64,000 nt of DNA from Balanoglossus misakiensis (taxonomy: Eukaryota > Animalia > Hemichordata), in contig CM082584.2 in assembly GCA_040954595.2 (NCBI GenBank), forward strand, positions 8,385,146 through 8,449,145. Direction: 5' to 3'. The stretch's first letter is position 1. Every line of letters starts with the position of its first letter. The position numbers and the translations under genes are program-made. Shown piece by piece: positions 13,461 to 27,228 of the stretch. Below the pieces are notes generated by a model, which did not search any database, was not told where the DNA came from, and saw nothing but the letters and a program-made list of their open reading frames with translations.

Positions 13461-15247
13461 TGCAAAGTACACAGCAGCATCATAGCTGAATTTGCAGTAG
13501 TACCAGTAGTTAGTAGACTCTTGTTCAATGCTAGAAGGAGCTGTCCTGGACCTGTGAACTTGGCAAAGATTTCTAAGATGATTAAATGAAATTTTAGGCC
13601 TCAATGTCCAAGGCATAAAATGGTGCAAATCGCGCTTACTGATTTACAGAGAATCACACACACTTTACGACTGTATTTTGAGAATAAGTGTCTTCCTTTT
13701 TAATCATTTCCACCATAAAAGACAATATATCTGCAATAAGATCATGAAATAAAAAAAGAATCTATTTTTGGTTGAAAATCTGCATGTGATGCTTTGCTTT
13801 CATGTACAGCAAAATGGTATGTAGTCAGGCACAGAAATGGATGCAAATCTTTCATATATAGGAGACACATTTGCCCGGTAAAGATTGAACTCGCCCTGTA
13901 AGAAGCCCTCAATATCAGATTTCTTACGCCAATGCTACAGGTAAAATTTCTGCCACACTACTAACCTGCTAGAATTATGAAGAAGAGGAGCAAAATTCAA
14001 TTTCATGATAAACGTACAGAGTTTCAATATGCTACGGGCATGAGAGAATATGGTATAGCAAAACACTGGTTAAACGGTGTACATGCATAGTCCACTAGAG
14101 GGGACCAATTTCCGCCCTTTGACCTTTGAAATAGCATGCATAATTTGAAGTTTGACTTTTGGGAGTCTTGGTCCTCATGCATAACTTATTTCACATATAA
14201 AAAAAACACCACCAATGTGGCTAAACTTTTAAAAAAAATACAGAGATTGTAGGAAGAATACCTACTGTAGTACTATCACGATAACTACAAAACTCATCAA
14301 TTTTTTTTAGACTAATATTAACATCAAGTGATCTTAAGAAAAGAACTACCATTTCTAAGTACATAAAGTGATTAATCAAACGAGACAATTCATCATAATG
14401 CAATAAATTACTGTAAAAACAGCCAAAAACAAAAGGTTTCTACAAAAAATGTGAAATCTGACAATGTGGGTAACTACAAGTCAAACTGAACATCCTTTCA
14501 ATTCTAGAACTTTTCAGGGGGAAGGGGAGCATGCAGTGTGCAACAAGCTGGCTGTTCAATGGACATCATTCACTCCAGCTCTTTCTAAAAAAAATATGAT
14601 ACTGGCGCACAATAGGGAAGTGTTAGTGTATTTTCACATGACCTTTGAACACCGACCCTTAAGTGACCTCTATATAATGTATGTATGCATCCATGCAATT
14701 TGTTGGGAGATTCAAACCATTTCCTGTGGTTGCGTGTGCCATGAGTTTTCCCTCTAATATAGAGTCACTCATGAATACCGTTATCAAAAAGCCATCACTG
14801 CCCTGAGCCAGAAACGCAGGTTTTGGATGAAGAAAAATGACTCTGAAGGTTTTACAAATAAATATAAAATGAATCTTGATAATAAACGAGTGGCTCTCCT
14901 ATATGTAGAAACTGATACAAACCAGTGAATACACACGCATCTTAAACAGTTTGGCAGCATACCACAGCTATAATTGCAAGAAGAAAATATACATGTGGCT
15001 ATGTCCCATCTCACAATTCATACTGGATTAGTTTATCAAGTTTTAATACATCTCGGGGAAATTCTATACTTCAACGAACAATACTGAATTTCTGTACAAC
15101 ATTCTGAAGTTTGAACAGCATGATTTTCCTCTCTCGTGTACGCAACACAAGAAAATGGTACTGAAAAAATACATAAAACTACATCCTTTATTTCTCAACG
15201 TCTGAAAAGATTCTGATATACAAATGGCACTGCACCATGATGATAAG

Positions 15248-18200
15248 TTATCTGCGGCTGTATCTACTGCTGCTACCGCTGCTGCGACGGCTTTCACCTT
15301 GCGTCCGGCGCACAAAGTCGTCGCACGCCACGGCGTGGGATCGCGAATCGTAACTCTGCCGAGACGGAAAAAAAAGAGACGGCAAATTCAGGTCAATTGA
15401 TATAATATGACATGGAATATGCACTTGTAGTGATCCATCAATTTATATTATGTGCCCATATTTGCATAATTTGGTAAAATCTGTATCTTTTCTAGTCTCA
15501 TGCAAAGCTTAGCTTGGATTAGATGGCTCGCAACCTTTTGCTACAGTAATCAAGCCAAGTCAATGACATGTACATGTATACTCATGGTAGAGTGTATCAC
15601 GCCCCACTTTATCATGCCTGCAGATATGAAACTGAAAGGGTACGTGAATGGACCTGAAAGTATAGATGTTTTTATATTTTCCTTTAACAGTTTAATAAAT
15701 CCTCTCCAAATGACCCCATCCCAGCAGTTAGAACCACACAAACATCACCACAAATCTCTGTCCCTGTCAAACCTGCCACTTACCAATCTCCTGTCTCTGT
15801 CTCTATCCCTGTCTCTGCCACGGTCTCGGTGGTCCCTGTCCCGGTCTCGACTCCTCATCGGGGGCGGCGGTGGGGGCAGCGGATACGAATCCATGTGACG
15901 TGGCAAGGGAGGGGGAGGGGGTCCCTGGTGCGACATCATGTAGTGCGGTGGGCCGTCCATCCCATAGGACCGCTACAGGAAACAAGCACAGGGGGTAAAA
16001 TCCAATTTTGCCGTGATGCGTGTACAACAGCACTGCGCAAATGCAAGGGCAAAGCTCAGACAGTGGTTCCACAAAATGTGCAAAACTCACCATGTCAGAG
16101 TACGGATTCATAGGCATCTGCGGTGGCCTGTTCACGTGGAATTCCCTCACGTAATCCATGTACGACTGCAAAAAAAAATGTTACAGCAATGTTAGAACCA
16201 AATCACGCAACAGTAGGGCTCATGTACAGCATTCACCCAGGATGTAATTTGTAGAGGTCACAAAGGGGTCATGAAAGACAAGACGAATGCCTTTTTAATC
16301 ATTTCCTTACCCCGTTCATCATGACATCTCTCCTCACTCCGCCATAGCCTCTCCTGTGAAAACAATAAAATTGTAACTAGTTGTAACCCAGAAAAACTGT
16401 CTTCAGCTCACATCCATGAACATTCCCCAACTCCCCCCCCCCCCCCTTCCAACACAGTGCGACATTCAAGCCTGCTGTTTATATTGTTTTGATTGTAGTC
16501 ACCGTGAAAGCTGGTGACAGGTTAAATCCTTTGGTCAAAAACTGACGGGAAGGATAGGGCTACAAACACTGAAGGGATCAACAGCTTCTAATTTCAAATC
16601 AATGTATTCATACACTTGTTTTCCCCGCCAAAGCAGGCTTAATAGTACCACCAGCTGCCAGACTTGTGAAATTTGCCTGTACAAAAGTACAAGCATAGAC
16701 ACTTACCTGTCACTCCGGTGGCCATATCCTGCCAAGGAAACAGAGAATGTTAGTGAATGTATCAACAACGATATCGCCAGACGATCCAGGCCAAAAATCT
16801 GCTAGTATCTTTACCAGAAAACCCCAAACTACCAAGTCCTGACTCTACACCAAAACGGTGCTGAACACCGAAACAATATGACTTTGATATCTGTAGCTTG
16901 TCATCACAATCACATACTTCTGACGGTTCCGAAGATGGATCTTTGACAACTCTTACAAGCAGCAAATATCGCAACACCTTAGATACCATTGTTTCCCCCA
17001 TTTGATTTTCATGCACAAACCTTCAAAACCTACTAAGTTTTCTTTTTTCTATAAAGCCCCACTGCAGGACGCACTGTCGTGATTGAGAACATGATACACA
17101 GATGGAAAAAGAACATCTATCTGCAATCTCATATACGTGGATACAAAAAGCTCAATGCAAGGAAACCCAAAATAACCATTCTTGGTCTGATTACCCCATC
17201 TACTCTGATGTAACCCAAGTCTATTCTACACAACAGTGCTTGAAATCCACAGTGCCTCTTCACTAAAGAACCAATTCTGCATCACATTGAGATCAACACT
17301 GTTTTGTCTAGTGGGAGGGGAGCATTCAAATCACCTTGATCAAATTGTCTAGAATCCGCACAGGAAACTTTTCGCTTGATTTGTAAAATCAGGAAAAAAT
17401 AGCTCTGTAGCATTAGGCTTTACAGACAAACCGACTACTTTGATTGAATCTGAGAGGACATATTTTGGACACTGTTGCTAGCTGCAGACTGGTTCCTGAT
17501 GTAAAGAGGCACTCCGGACACAGACAAATAAATCTGCATCATTTTTGTAAACTGAAGTAGAAACCTTCTCTGGGATAGTCGTCCCTCCGCCTCTTCCTCC
17601 TGGGCTCCGAGAAATCCTCTCGCGATCTACGATGTCTGCTAGTAGAGATGAAAACATCACTAGTCAGCCTTGAAGTCCGACTGAAATCCAAGAGACATGG
17701 ATCTCAGCACACGATACAGATTTTTCGATGACCGAACATGTCACCGCCAACGACAATGATACAGTTACTCGGTGGAATATAAAATAAAAATTAACAATTC
17801 ATAAAATGCATGATCACAAAAGGGGGCGGATTGAGTCAACAATTACGTGCATCAAACTGAAATATCGGTCCTCCTTTAAAACCAACAATTTATAACGTCA
17901 AAATTTGAGCTTTGTATCCCAGCTTGCTTTGCAATTCAGTGGGGTTGGAGAGAGCACCAGGAAGTGTACATTATATGATTGAAATTTCAAGGGATTTCAA
18001 TCAAACACTGGGAAAACATGGCAAAATACTTTTCAATGGGTTTGGAAAAAACATGGCATTGAAAGGGTTAAAGGCCTACGATCATCTAACGTGCATGTGC
18101 GTAATTTTGTGTGTCCAAACATTACCCGCAATCCAAATTTTCTGCAAATTTTGCATTCGACGCATTCAAATAGTGGACTGTGCACCGTATAAGTAGAATT

Positions 18201-21200
18201 AGTTTTATCCTTTCTTTTCACCAGATTTGCTGTCTTTTCCCGATCTCCAACACATACTATCTTTTGCTTAGGACAGCACACTGGCTTTTACAACTTTTGT
18301 AAACAGAGGCTCTGGTTTTAGCACATGCGCATAAGACGATCGTCGTCCTTTAAAGTGACAAATTACACTCTGTCTTATAATAAAAAAAAAAAAATGTGTT
18401 TGTTACAACACAATAGGACATAGCACCATACTAACAAAACCATAAACTAGGACAGGTAACCTCTGACTAGAAAGAGCACACACAATTAATTTAGACACAG
18501 CTGTTAGCTACACAAGGCTGCATGTCAAAGAGATTTAGAAATCAAGTTCGAAAATAATCATTTTCAGCATATAAAAGAAGAAACAGAAATAACTAGTCAG
18601 GATATGAATGATAACAATAAACATCACAGTTTCAATAGCTTGCCCTTTTACCCTTTGCATGCTGATTCCTGGTGATCAAAGACACCATTCAGAAGTTTTG
18701 TTCCGAGATGGAATTCGATTGCTGACTGTTGATGTAACCCAAACTTTTGAATGATGTCACAGGTCACCAGGTCAGGGTGCCAAGGGCAAATATGCCAATT
18801 CCAATGTCACAAGTCAATGACTTAAAAATAAAAAATATAAAGTGCAACTTGTTCCCCACAGCTTGGCCTTCTTGCTCCCGGACACTTGTAATAATGGCCA
18901 CCTCACTCATCTGTCAAATCGCCATATTCCATCTTTTCTTCATGTCAGCAACAATGCCACAATCCACAACGGTCTTGATCCATGTCTCTTCCGGATGTGA
19001 AAACGACCACAGCGGGGAATAACATTTTTTATAATCCTCAACACTTCAAAAATACACGTACAAGCAAAACGACTGGCTTTGGCAGTTCCTAAGTGCTCTC
19101 TCCCAACTCACTGAATTCATTTTGCAATGAGCAAATACATTCTGTTGGTTCTTTTTCATGGACCTGCACGAATCAACATGCCCCCTTCTTCCATCACCGA
19201 CTTTGCCTGTGTGTGTCGTCAGTGACGCTTATCAATCAGGTATAGAAGCAACTCAAAATATGTCAACATACCACAGTCCAACTGCAACACCCAGAACAAT
19301 GTCTGATGTGAACCAACACAGTCTCTTAGTCTCTTTAAAATGGGTTTACACATTTGTGCTTATCGTCCGTGTACGTGAGAGGGGACAAGAAGACGACTCG
19401 CGTGTCATTATTTAGAAGTCGTCCTACAGAAACTTCTGCCCTTTTTGTTTAATCCTGTCACGAGAGTTTCTGTTTAAGAGTCCTGATGCCTGGTAGGTAC
19501 TAGTAGACTAGGAGGGGGGCCAACGTGCGAAAACTGATTTTGAGTCCTGAGAAATCTCTGGGGTCAAAGTCCTACTGGTGAATCAGATCACAGCTATGTA
19601 CCTTGTGGCGTTATCCGCCGACGGTAAAGGTATTGTAAAAGCAAAAAGTTCTGTGTGCTGTGAGAGCAGCCGGCTAGAGGTAGGCAGAAGTCCATGGATG
19701 TGGCATGCATGAACTATGTGTATACGACAAAGGCCGGCCAATAGCAAAGGTGTAAAATCTAGCTGTGGAGTTGGAACTCGCAGTTCTCGCCATCTCTGTG
19801 AGGGGGTCGTTTCTGCAGCCGTCTGGGTGGTTTATCTAGCATTAATTGTTCGTCCATTATTTTACTTCCACCTTTGCTTATTCTGGGCTCATATTATGTG
19901 TAAATTCAAAAGAGTGTTGAAATTGTTTTTTTGTTTTTGTTTTATAAGTGGTTAAATTGTGGTCACTCGGACTTCAGCTACGTGGCGACCGACAAAAAAA
20001 ATATTGTCCCTGCTGCCGCAACAAGCCCCAGGATATACACACCACACTAGGCACACATCATCAGAGGGAAACTTGCCCGGATGATCCTACTAGTTTCCTG
20101 ACGGGAAAAGATTTTCGCAACGGTGTGACAGTCACAACGCGAGCTTGCGACGGAAAAGAGCTTTAGAGTTCAACGCATGTCTGAGGCTCCTTTTCATTTG
20201 CCAGTTGCTGAAATCAGCAGCAGAAAGTCCAGGGTTCTTCCGTGGCTGGCTGTTTGTGATTTTTTTCCCTTCAACGCGACGGGTTGTAACAGTGCACACA
20301 CACAGACACAGCGGAGCCAACGATTCCACGGCTCCACCCCTGGTGAAAAATGGGCTAACCTGCACGTTATCATTATCAGAGAGGAAGAATTTTTGTTGTG
20401 TTTTTTTTCGAATCTGGGGAAAAAATTCAGGTTATTCAAACATATGCCCCCTTTTTTGATGTAGTCGGTGCCCACCACCCAAGCCCACCCATTTTTAATT
20501 TTTTTGAGACACTTAACCTTCCGCACTGATGTCAAGGGACGAGCGGCTCCAACAGGTCTCTCACTCACTGTTGGTCACCGTGCTTTTTTTTCTGTCCAAC
20601 TCATCTTCTGCACTAGACAGAGATTTCCATCGAACATCAAGTACACGTTAAATATACCACAGCGTCTGTAAAGAGTCCAAATGTCCACCAATTGTTCCCT
20701 AACCTTGATGAGTCACGATCCCGCCGAGACCGACTGTCCTGTCGCCGGGCGCGCCGCACAATGGCCGACAAGTCGATGTTGTCATCCCGCGGGAACATCT
20801 GGCACACCGCAACTCCAGCTTTCGGTTCAATTTCCTGGAAAACAATGAATGGGTATTGAAAGATGTACACTCGGTAAAATTGATGTATTGTCATTTCTTT
20901 CTATTGTAAATATCAGGGTAACAGTGTTTCTATTGTAAATATCGGAGTTGTTTTGAATTGAAGTTTATATTTCCCATGTTTGAGTAAGGACACACCATAC
21001 CTGGCCATCTCGTCCAATCTTCACAGGTTTGTTTTCATTCCAGGAGTTGTACAGCTGAGCGGTCCTGATGAAGGGTAGCTCTTGCCTGTCGGAGATTTTA
21101 CAAACCACGGCTCAGCACATCACAAATAATGCAACCAAAACACCTCAATGTACCCCTAGCCTCTCTACAAAATTATCACTTGCCAATTACTCCATTTTGA

Positions 21201-24200
21201 TTTCCATGAATTCAGTTGCATTACACTCCCAGGTAAAATGTACATGTCACCTTCTGATACAATGCAAAAAACTGTCAACCATCTCTGACTACACTAATTT
21301 GATGTACAAACCTGGTTATCCAGTCGACCGGAAAGACACCTCCCAGAGCAGCTTTACTCAGTCCGGGGGGTAGCACCCAGTTGACAACAGGTCCGTCGCG
21401 TCGAGACTCCCCTGCCACACGAGCAAATCCTGCGCAGCCAAAAAGTGAAAACATCGAACTGAGTGTTGCTGAAGTTACTTGTAGTCAATGGATAACACAG
21501 CAATGGGATTGAAATGGAAAGGCATTTCTGAACAACCCTATATCACCGCAGACGCTCACCTTGAAACTTGCCGCTCTCCTTGACCGAGAAGATGAGGATG
21601 ACATTACGAGAGTCGCGGAACGCTGAGTTGATCCTCTGTTCGTTGTTCGGCGGAGTGGACCAAACACCCTTGGTGAGAAACGAAGAATAAAAATGCATTA
21701 ATTATCACTCGTATATCTTTCTGGAGAGAACAACAAATAGTATACAATGCATGACTGGACCACACAGTGACATTTTTGTCTCATTACACCACAGAGAACT
21801 CACCTTTGCTTTTGCCAGTGCTATGTTCTCGTGATTGTTGCTCTTGATCAGATAGAACCTGGCATCCCGGAACAGATACTTCAGCTTGGAGCTTTGATCT
21901 GAAAAGGAAAACACGTTTGATTCCGTTTGGCTGCACTCACTTGTGCTTGCAGTAACTTACAGTTTAGACATGAATGGAAAATAAGCAGACCCGTTTTTTA
22001 CCAAGTGTGAGTGAGCTACAAAAGGCCACACTCTGCTACTGATTTGGAACGCGGGGGTCCCATGATTTTTTAGAGCGCTTTTGCGTAAGTCATGCTAATT
22101 TCAACCGGGGTACCTTTCTTTATTTGTTTTACTGATGATGACATCACCGTGGATATCTTGTGACTACCTTCAGAACCGGAATCAGTTCTCTGGCTCTTCT
22201 CGAAGACGATCGGCGAGATGTGCCGCCTCTTCCGGCGGCGCCTGCGCTCCCGCTTTCTCCGACTTTCGCTTCCGCTGTCTGGAAGAGACGGGTCAAGGGT
22301 CAAGGGTCAAGTTTGCCAGCCGGGTGTCAAAATAAGGTACCGAAAGTCTATCAATAAAGAAAGGCCGATCGATCGGAAAATGGACATATCCACTTACCAG
22401 AACCTGAACTGCTACTCGCCGACCGGGACCGCGAGCGCGACCCCGACTTGGATCGCGACCGCGACCTCGACACCGACCTTGACGACGCCGCACTCGAACT
22501 GGAGCCCGCCTCGCTGCGGGTGTCGAACTCCTCCAGATCGTGACTGATGGTGGCCTCCTCCTGTCCGATTTCCTCCTCCGCATTCACGTTCAAATTGTCT
22601 TCCACAGCGTCCGTGTCTGGTTTTGCTTCCCCAGCCCCTTCGTCTGTGAGATGGGCGACAATAGACACAGGGACGTAACACTCGCCTGCTAGTGCTGGAC
22701 CGACACACTGCCTCCCAGACATTCACAACTGCATAGGTAATACTCACAAACACTCCACAACAATATTTGATTTTCATAACTTTTCCAACAACAGGTTTTC
22801 TCGTGGACAACAAAGATATGTAACAAATATCTGAATATGAGAAATGAGGTTTTTTTAACAGCTTCTTTCCTCATATAGATAGCACACACACAAGAAAAAA
22901 CACAGAGATCATTCATTATCAATAGAGAAGAACTTTACCTGTCTTTTCGGGGCCAGTTTCTGGTTTTGCATCAACTTCCATGGTTTCCTATAACAGTGAG
23001 AAAATACATGAACAAACATCGAACATACATGTGTATTCACACCAACCACATGTTTTAATTATCCGCAGACCCTAACCATTCGTTTATCAATAAAATCTTT
23101 AAGAAAATCGCACAGAACATGTTATATGGTTTCTGGGAGTAACTTACTTGAGTTTTCTCTTTCTCGACTTCTTTGACCTCCGTCTTTTTGGGCACCTTCT
23201 TTGCAGGCGTGACTTTCTTCACCTTCTTTGCAGAGTCTGGCTTCTTGTCGTCCTTGACGCCTTGTTTCGCTTTGCCAGCGGCGACTTTCTTCTGGCCCGC
23301 CGACGTGCCACCACCCGCGCTTGTCTTGTCGGTCGACGCCGACGAAGCCTTCACCACGTTGAGTTTCTTCTTCAGTTCCTTCTCCTCCACTTTCAGCTTC
23401 TCCAGTTGCTTCTCGTGCTCCGCCTTGACCGACTCCAGCCTCTTCTTCTCCTTCTCGATCTGCTTGGATTTCTCCGGGTCCGTCTTCTCGGCTCGGGGTT
23501 TGGCGGAGGCGGGCTTCTTGACGACTTTTTTCTCCCCCGTCTTGGCCGCCGCCGTCTTGGCACCTCCGGGGCTTTTGGCCACCGACTTGGCCGCGACAGT
23601 CTTCTGCCCGGAGGCTTTCACTTCCTTCACGTTTTTCTTGGTTTTGGCATCTTTGGCGGCTTTTGCAGCACTCGCCCGGGTGACGGCAGACTTTGAAGTC
23701 TTCTTCACAGGTGGTTTGGAAGGCCTCTTTCCTGCTTTAGAATCATACATACAGAAAAGTACACATTACACAGAATAAAGACTTCATTCATCACAAACTA
23801 CATTACAGCAACCAACCTGTAGCACAACAAATGAAGTCTGCCATCAAAACCACACATACAACTTAAGTTGCCTTTGAAAATCGTAACATTTCAATTCTTG
23901 GTAAATTTCATCATAATCATAGTTTGGAAAAATCCTAAAATAAAGCTTATAATTATAATAATGAATTTTTTATTGACGTTGAGTCGTTGACCCCTTATAT
24001 TATAGTAAAATATTTAAGATAGAAGCATGATTGATCAGTACTTTTATTTTCTTCCGTAGTTCCACACGAGGAGCGACTTCTTTGTCGATTCTTCAATGTT
24101 TGACCGCAAGATTCGATCACAGTAAATATGCAAATAAGTTAGCTTACCTGTTTTGTTTTCTGGTGCCGTGTTATCGCTCACCTCATCATCGAATTCATTG

Positions 24201-24645
24201 TCTATCACTAAAATGTCTTCTAGTACGTTAACAACACTGTCACCGGCACCTAGAAATATATCGTTTGCTCATAAGAATTGCGGTACAATTTACGAATAGT
24301 CTGGACTCGTGTTAAAATTACCCAGAGAAGTGTTCTGGCCCCCAGATTTCCTCACATTCACAATAATATTTTGTTGTCCAATCGTGTCTGGTTTCATTCT
24401 GATTTCTATTTTTAGTGACGACAACAAACGAAGTAAATTTCTTATATTACTGTTAAAGGAATAATTACAATAGCAACTGCCGGTGGTTTGGAATCGTGCA
24501 GTAACAAGCCAAGTAAATATTTACGAGAAATCGTCGACGTTGTCGTTGAAAAGGCCACGCGAGGGCCTCTCGACTCTGAAATCAACCAGGGTAAAGGAAA
24601 CCTTTCAAAAACGTTACCTTTCACATCTGCCTTATCCTCGGCCAT
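15248..24645 (-). CDS. YTHDC1: YTH domain-containing protein 1 (nuclear m6A reader), multi-exon
   Basis: YTH exons [26 protein letters not shown]|[20 protein letters not shown]|[22 protein letters not shown]|..PVKIGRDGQ|EIEP; C-terminal [10 protein letters not shown]|[10 protein letters not shown], Pro-rich and RD-repeat segments, and DDFVRRTQ. Start MAEDKADVK at 24645 (inferred), TAA at 15248-15250. Includes a 22-nt micro-exon near 16707-16728. Confidence 0.95.
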
Positions 24646-25574
24646 ATCTCGTCAGACGATCACGATGGGATATTGCAGAAGCAAACTTCTGTGTACTTAA
24701 AGACGAATCTACGAAGCGTAACACCCTCTTTTTTCTGTGATTTTCTGCTCTATCGACACTGTTCCATGGTTTCGAGATTCGTAAAGCGTAGGTTGAATCC
24801 AATATGGCGGATGTCAACATCTCGCGATAACAAACGCAACTGTGCGAGAGTGTTTGCGCCACCAAGCGGCAGGGTTTACACATCGTAGTGTTACGTTTAA
24901 TTTCGGCCCTGTTGCAGATACTTTGAAAGTTGAAACTTTACATTTGAATAAGATTGTGAATTGTGCAATTCGAACACTGTAGAAGATGAATTTCATTTCC
25001 TTCTTGTCTGCCCAATTTAACCTGAGGGAGAAATACCAGTTTACTTCACGTTTGTCATCTTGCAGATACTTTGCGAAAACTTTTTCTATGCAACTAGGCT
25101 AACTGAGGGATCCGGGATGAACGCTTGAATTTGACGACAAAATACAGATACCCCTCTATTTGTTTAACAGCGAACAATATTTGAACTCTTAACACTGTAT
25201 TGTACATTTTACTGTACATTTTACCAGTGCTGAAAAAAAAAACATATTATTATTTATATACAGTTGCCGTTCCGGCCAGGGCAGCCACTGCACATCGCCA
25301 ATATTCATAATTTTAAAGGTGTGGTCGGTTTACCTAGCATGGGTCAAGGTACAGTTTTCAAACCATTGCTCATGATTGTATTATTACTTATTAACTACAT
25401 CCATTCGTCATATCTTGTTTTGTTGGTGGGAAACGGTAAAACCGTTAGATCTAGTTGTAGAACAAAGACAGTTTTTGAATCACTGACTGACAAAAAACGC
25501 CGTTTTTTTCGCCGATACTATTATACTTGAACACTGCTTCACGCCAAAATTTGTCGCTGGCTACCGATGTGATC

Positions 25575-26456
25575 ATGGTGAAACGGGAAACGTTTGTGGT
25601 GGTGGCGGGTTACGCACGTCGACTCGACTACAGAAGCGGCGTGGTGAACGCCCGACTTGTGACATATGGTCTGCGGGAAACAACACAGGCCGCGATCATC
25701 GAAGGAAACAAGAAGGTCGTGCTGGTGCACGCTGACAAGTCCACGCACTGGCTGGACGTCCAGAGTGAACTTCACTGGATTGGCCAGGGTGCCTCGGTGA
25801 CCATCTTCAACGTCACGGGCAGGTGTGCGGAGAAGACTTTGTTCCCGTGTTTTAAGAAGTCTAAAGGTTGTTCCGTGAAACTCGACCAGGAATCCGCGCT
25901 CTGCGCTGGCGACATACGGTCGGGGCCACGGTGTGCAGGTGTGCATGTCATCGTAAATGATGATAAAATTACGAAGTCGGAGTTATTCCTGTACAACGAA
26001 AAGGACGGTGATCGCGCAGAGGCGGACAGTTACAGCAGTACGATGCGTAGGCTGTCGGATATTGAACGCTTTTTGAGAGACAAACCGATCCGATTAGGGC
26101 CATTTGTGTTGAGATGCTGGAACGACAAGACAGAAGTCGGACAACAGCGAACAATAAACGAAGCCATGCAGAGCATCCGAGACACCCTCAGGTGGCTGCG
26201 TTTCGACCTCCAGCGCCAAAACGAAGACGACAGCAGCAACGACTTGACGAATCTGGGCAAGCAGATGAGGGAGAATCTACGACGTCGGAAACTGTACAAG
26301 AAATCGCCGGACGTCGAACTGGAAAAGCGATGCCGACAGTACGTGCTCTTATTAGACGAATTCAATATTTTGGAAGTGAATAAGGATGACGTCTTGTCGT
26401 GGCTGTCGTTCACGTCCAGGGATTGGAGAGTGGGGACATCGTCCACTGGTCAGTGA
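25575..26456 (+). CDS. Intronless hypothetical protein (~293 aa), family unrecognised
   Basis: Uninterrupted 882-nt ORF from ATG 25575, visibly more GC-rich than its flanks, with globular amino-acid composition; head-to-head with YTHDC1; AATAAA at ~26832 and ~26942. Confidence 0.65.
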   Translation: MVKRETFVVVAGYARRLDYRSGVVNARLVTYGLRETTQAAIIEGNKKVVLVHADKSTHWLDVQSELHWIGQGASVTIFNVTGRCAEKTLFPCFKKSKGCSVKLDQESALCAGDIRSGPRCAGVHVIVNDDKITKSELFLYNEKDGDRAEADSYSSTMRRLSDIERFLRDKPIRLGPFVLRCWNDKTEVGQQRTINEAMQSIRDTLRWLRFDLQRQNEDDSSNDLTNLGKQMRENLRRRKLYKKSPDVELEKRCRQYVLLLDEFNILEVNKDDVLSWLSFTSRDWRVGTSSTGQ

Positions 26457-27228
26457 TTTCGCTCTCTACCGGAAAATGGGAACCTTGCATGTCCATGCAA
26501 GCATTACGAGTATTTTTCGTATCGCCAATTTCAAAGAGAAAGACATTGTTTTTGCAGGTAAAAATGTTAGTCACTTACTCAGTAAGAAAGACGTACACCA
26601 AACTTTTCTAACACCCGATTGATTGGTTTCATATATTACATGCATGTAGAATGTTGAGCAACAAGAAAATCGATAATGGATTCAGAAAATTCAACACAAA
26701 CTCATGTACTGAACACAAGAACAACAGACCTCTGGAAATATTCAATATTTTATTCTTCGTTCTGACAGTAACATTGCAACTCTCTATATATACATACAAG
26801 TCTTTTACTCTCTCTCTCTCTCTCTCCTGTGAAATAAAAACATTTTGAATTGTCAATTCATCATCTGTTGTGCTTTCACTCCAAGTAACAACCAGGTCTA
26901 ACGTCCAAAGGAAGAGAAAAAAGTCGACGCTATATTGCACCAATAAATGGATTATTGGCTATTATTTTTTACGCAAAATTCTTTTTTTTTTTAGAGGGGG
27001 GGGGGGGTCAAAATAGTCTCTACGAAGATTTTCCACTTAGAGTGACACTTGAATGCGTGTAGAAGTGGACGGAGCTTAATTAATGTGGCAGTTACAGCAA
27101 AGGAAATTCTCACAAGCCAAAAAAATCGTCTATAAATCAATTTATGAACGCACTGAATACTGTTGAGATGCCAGTAGATAGAAGACGGTGAGTGAGTAAA
27201 TGGTTAGGAATCCAAGATGAATGGGCGG

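Noticed and set aside
23148-23778. Long + strand Phe/Leu-rich ORFs resembling membrane proteins
   Set aside because: Antisense shadows of the Lys/Ala-rich YTHDC1 exon.
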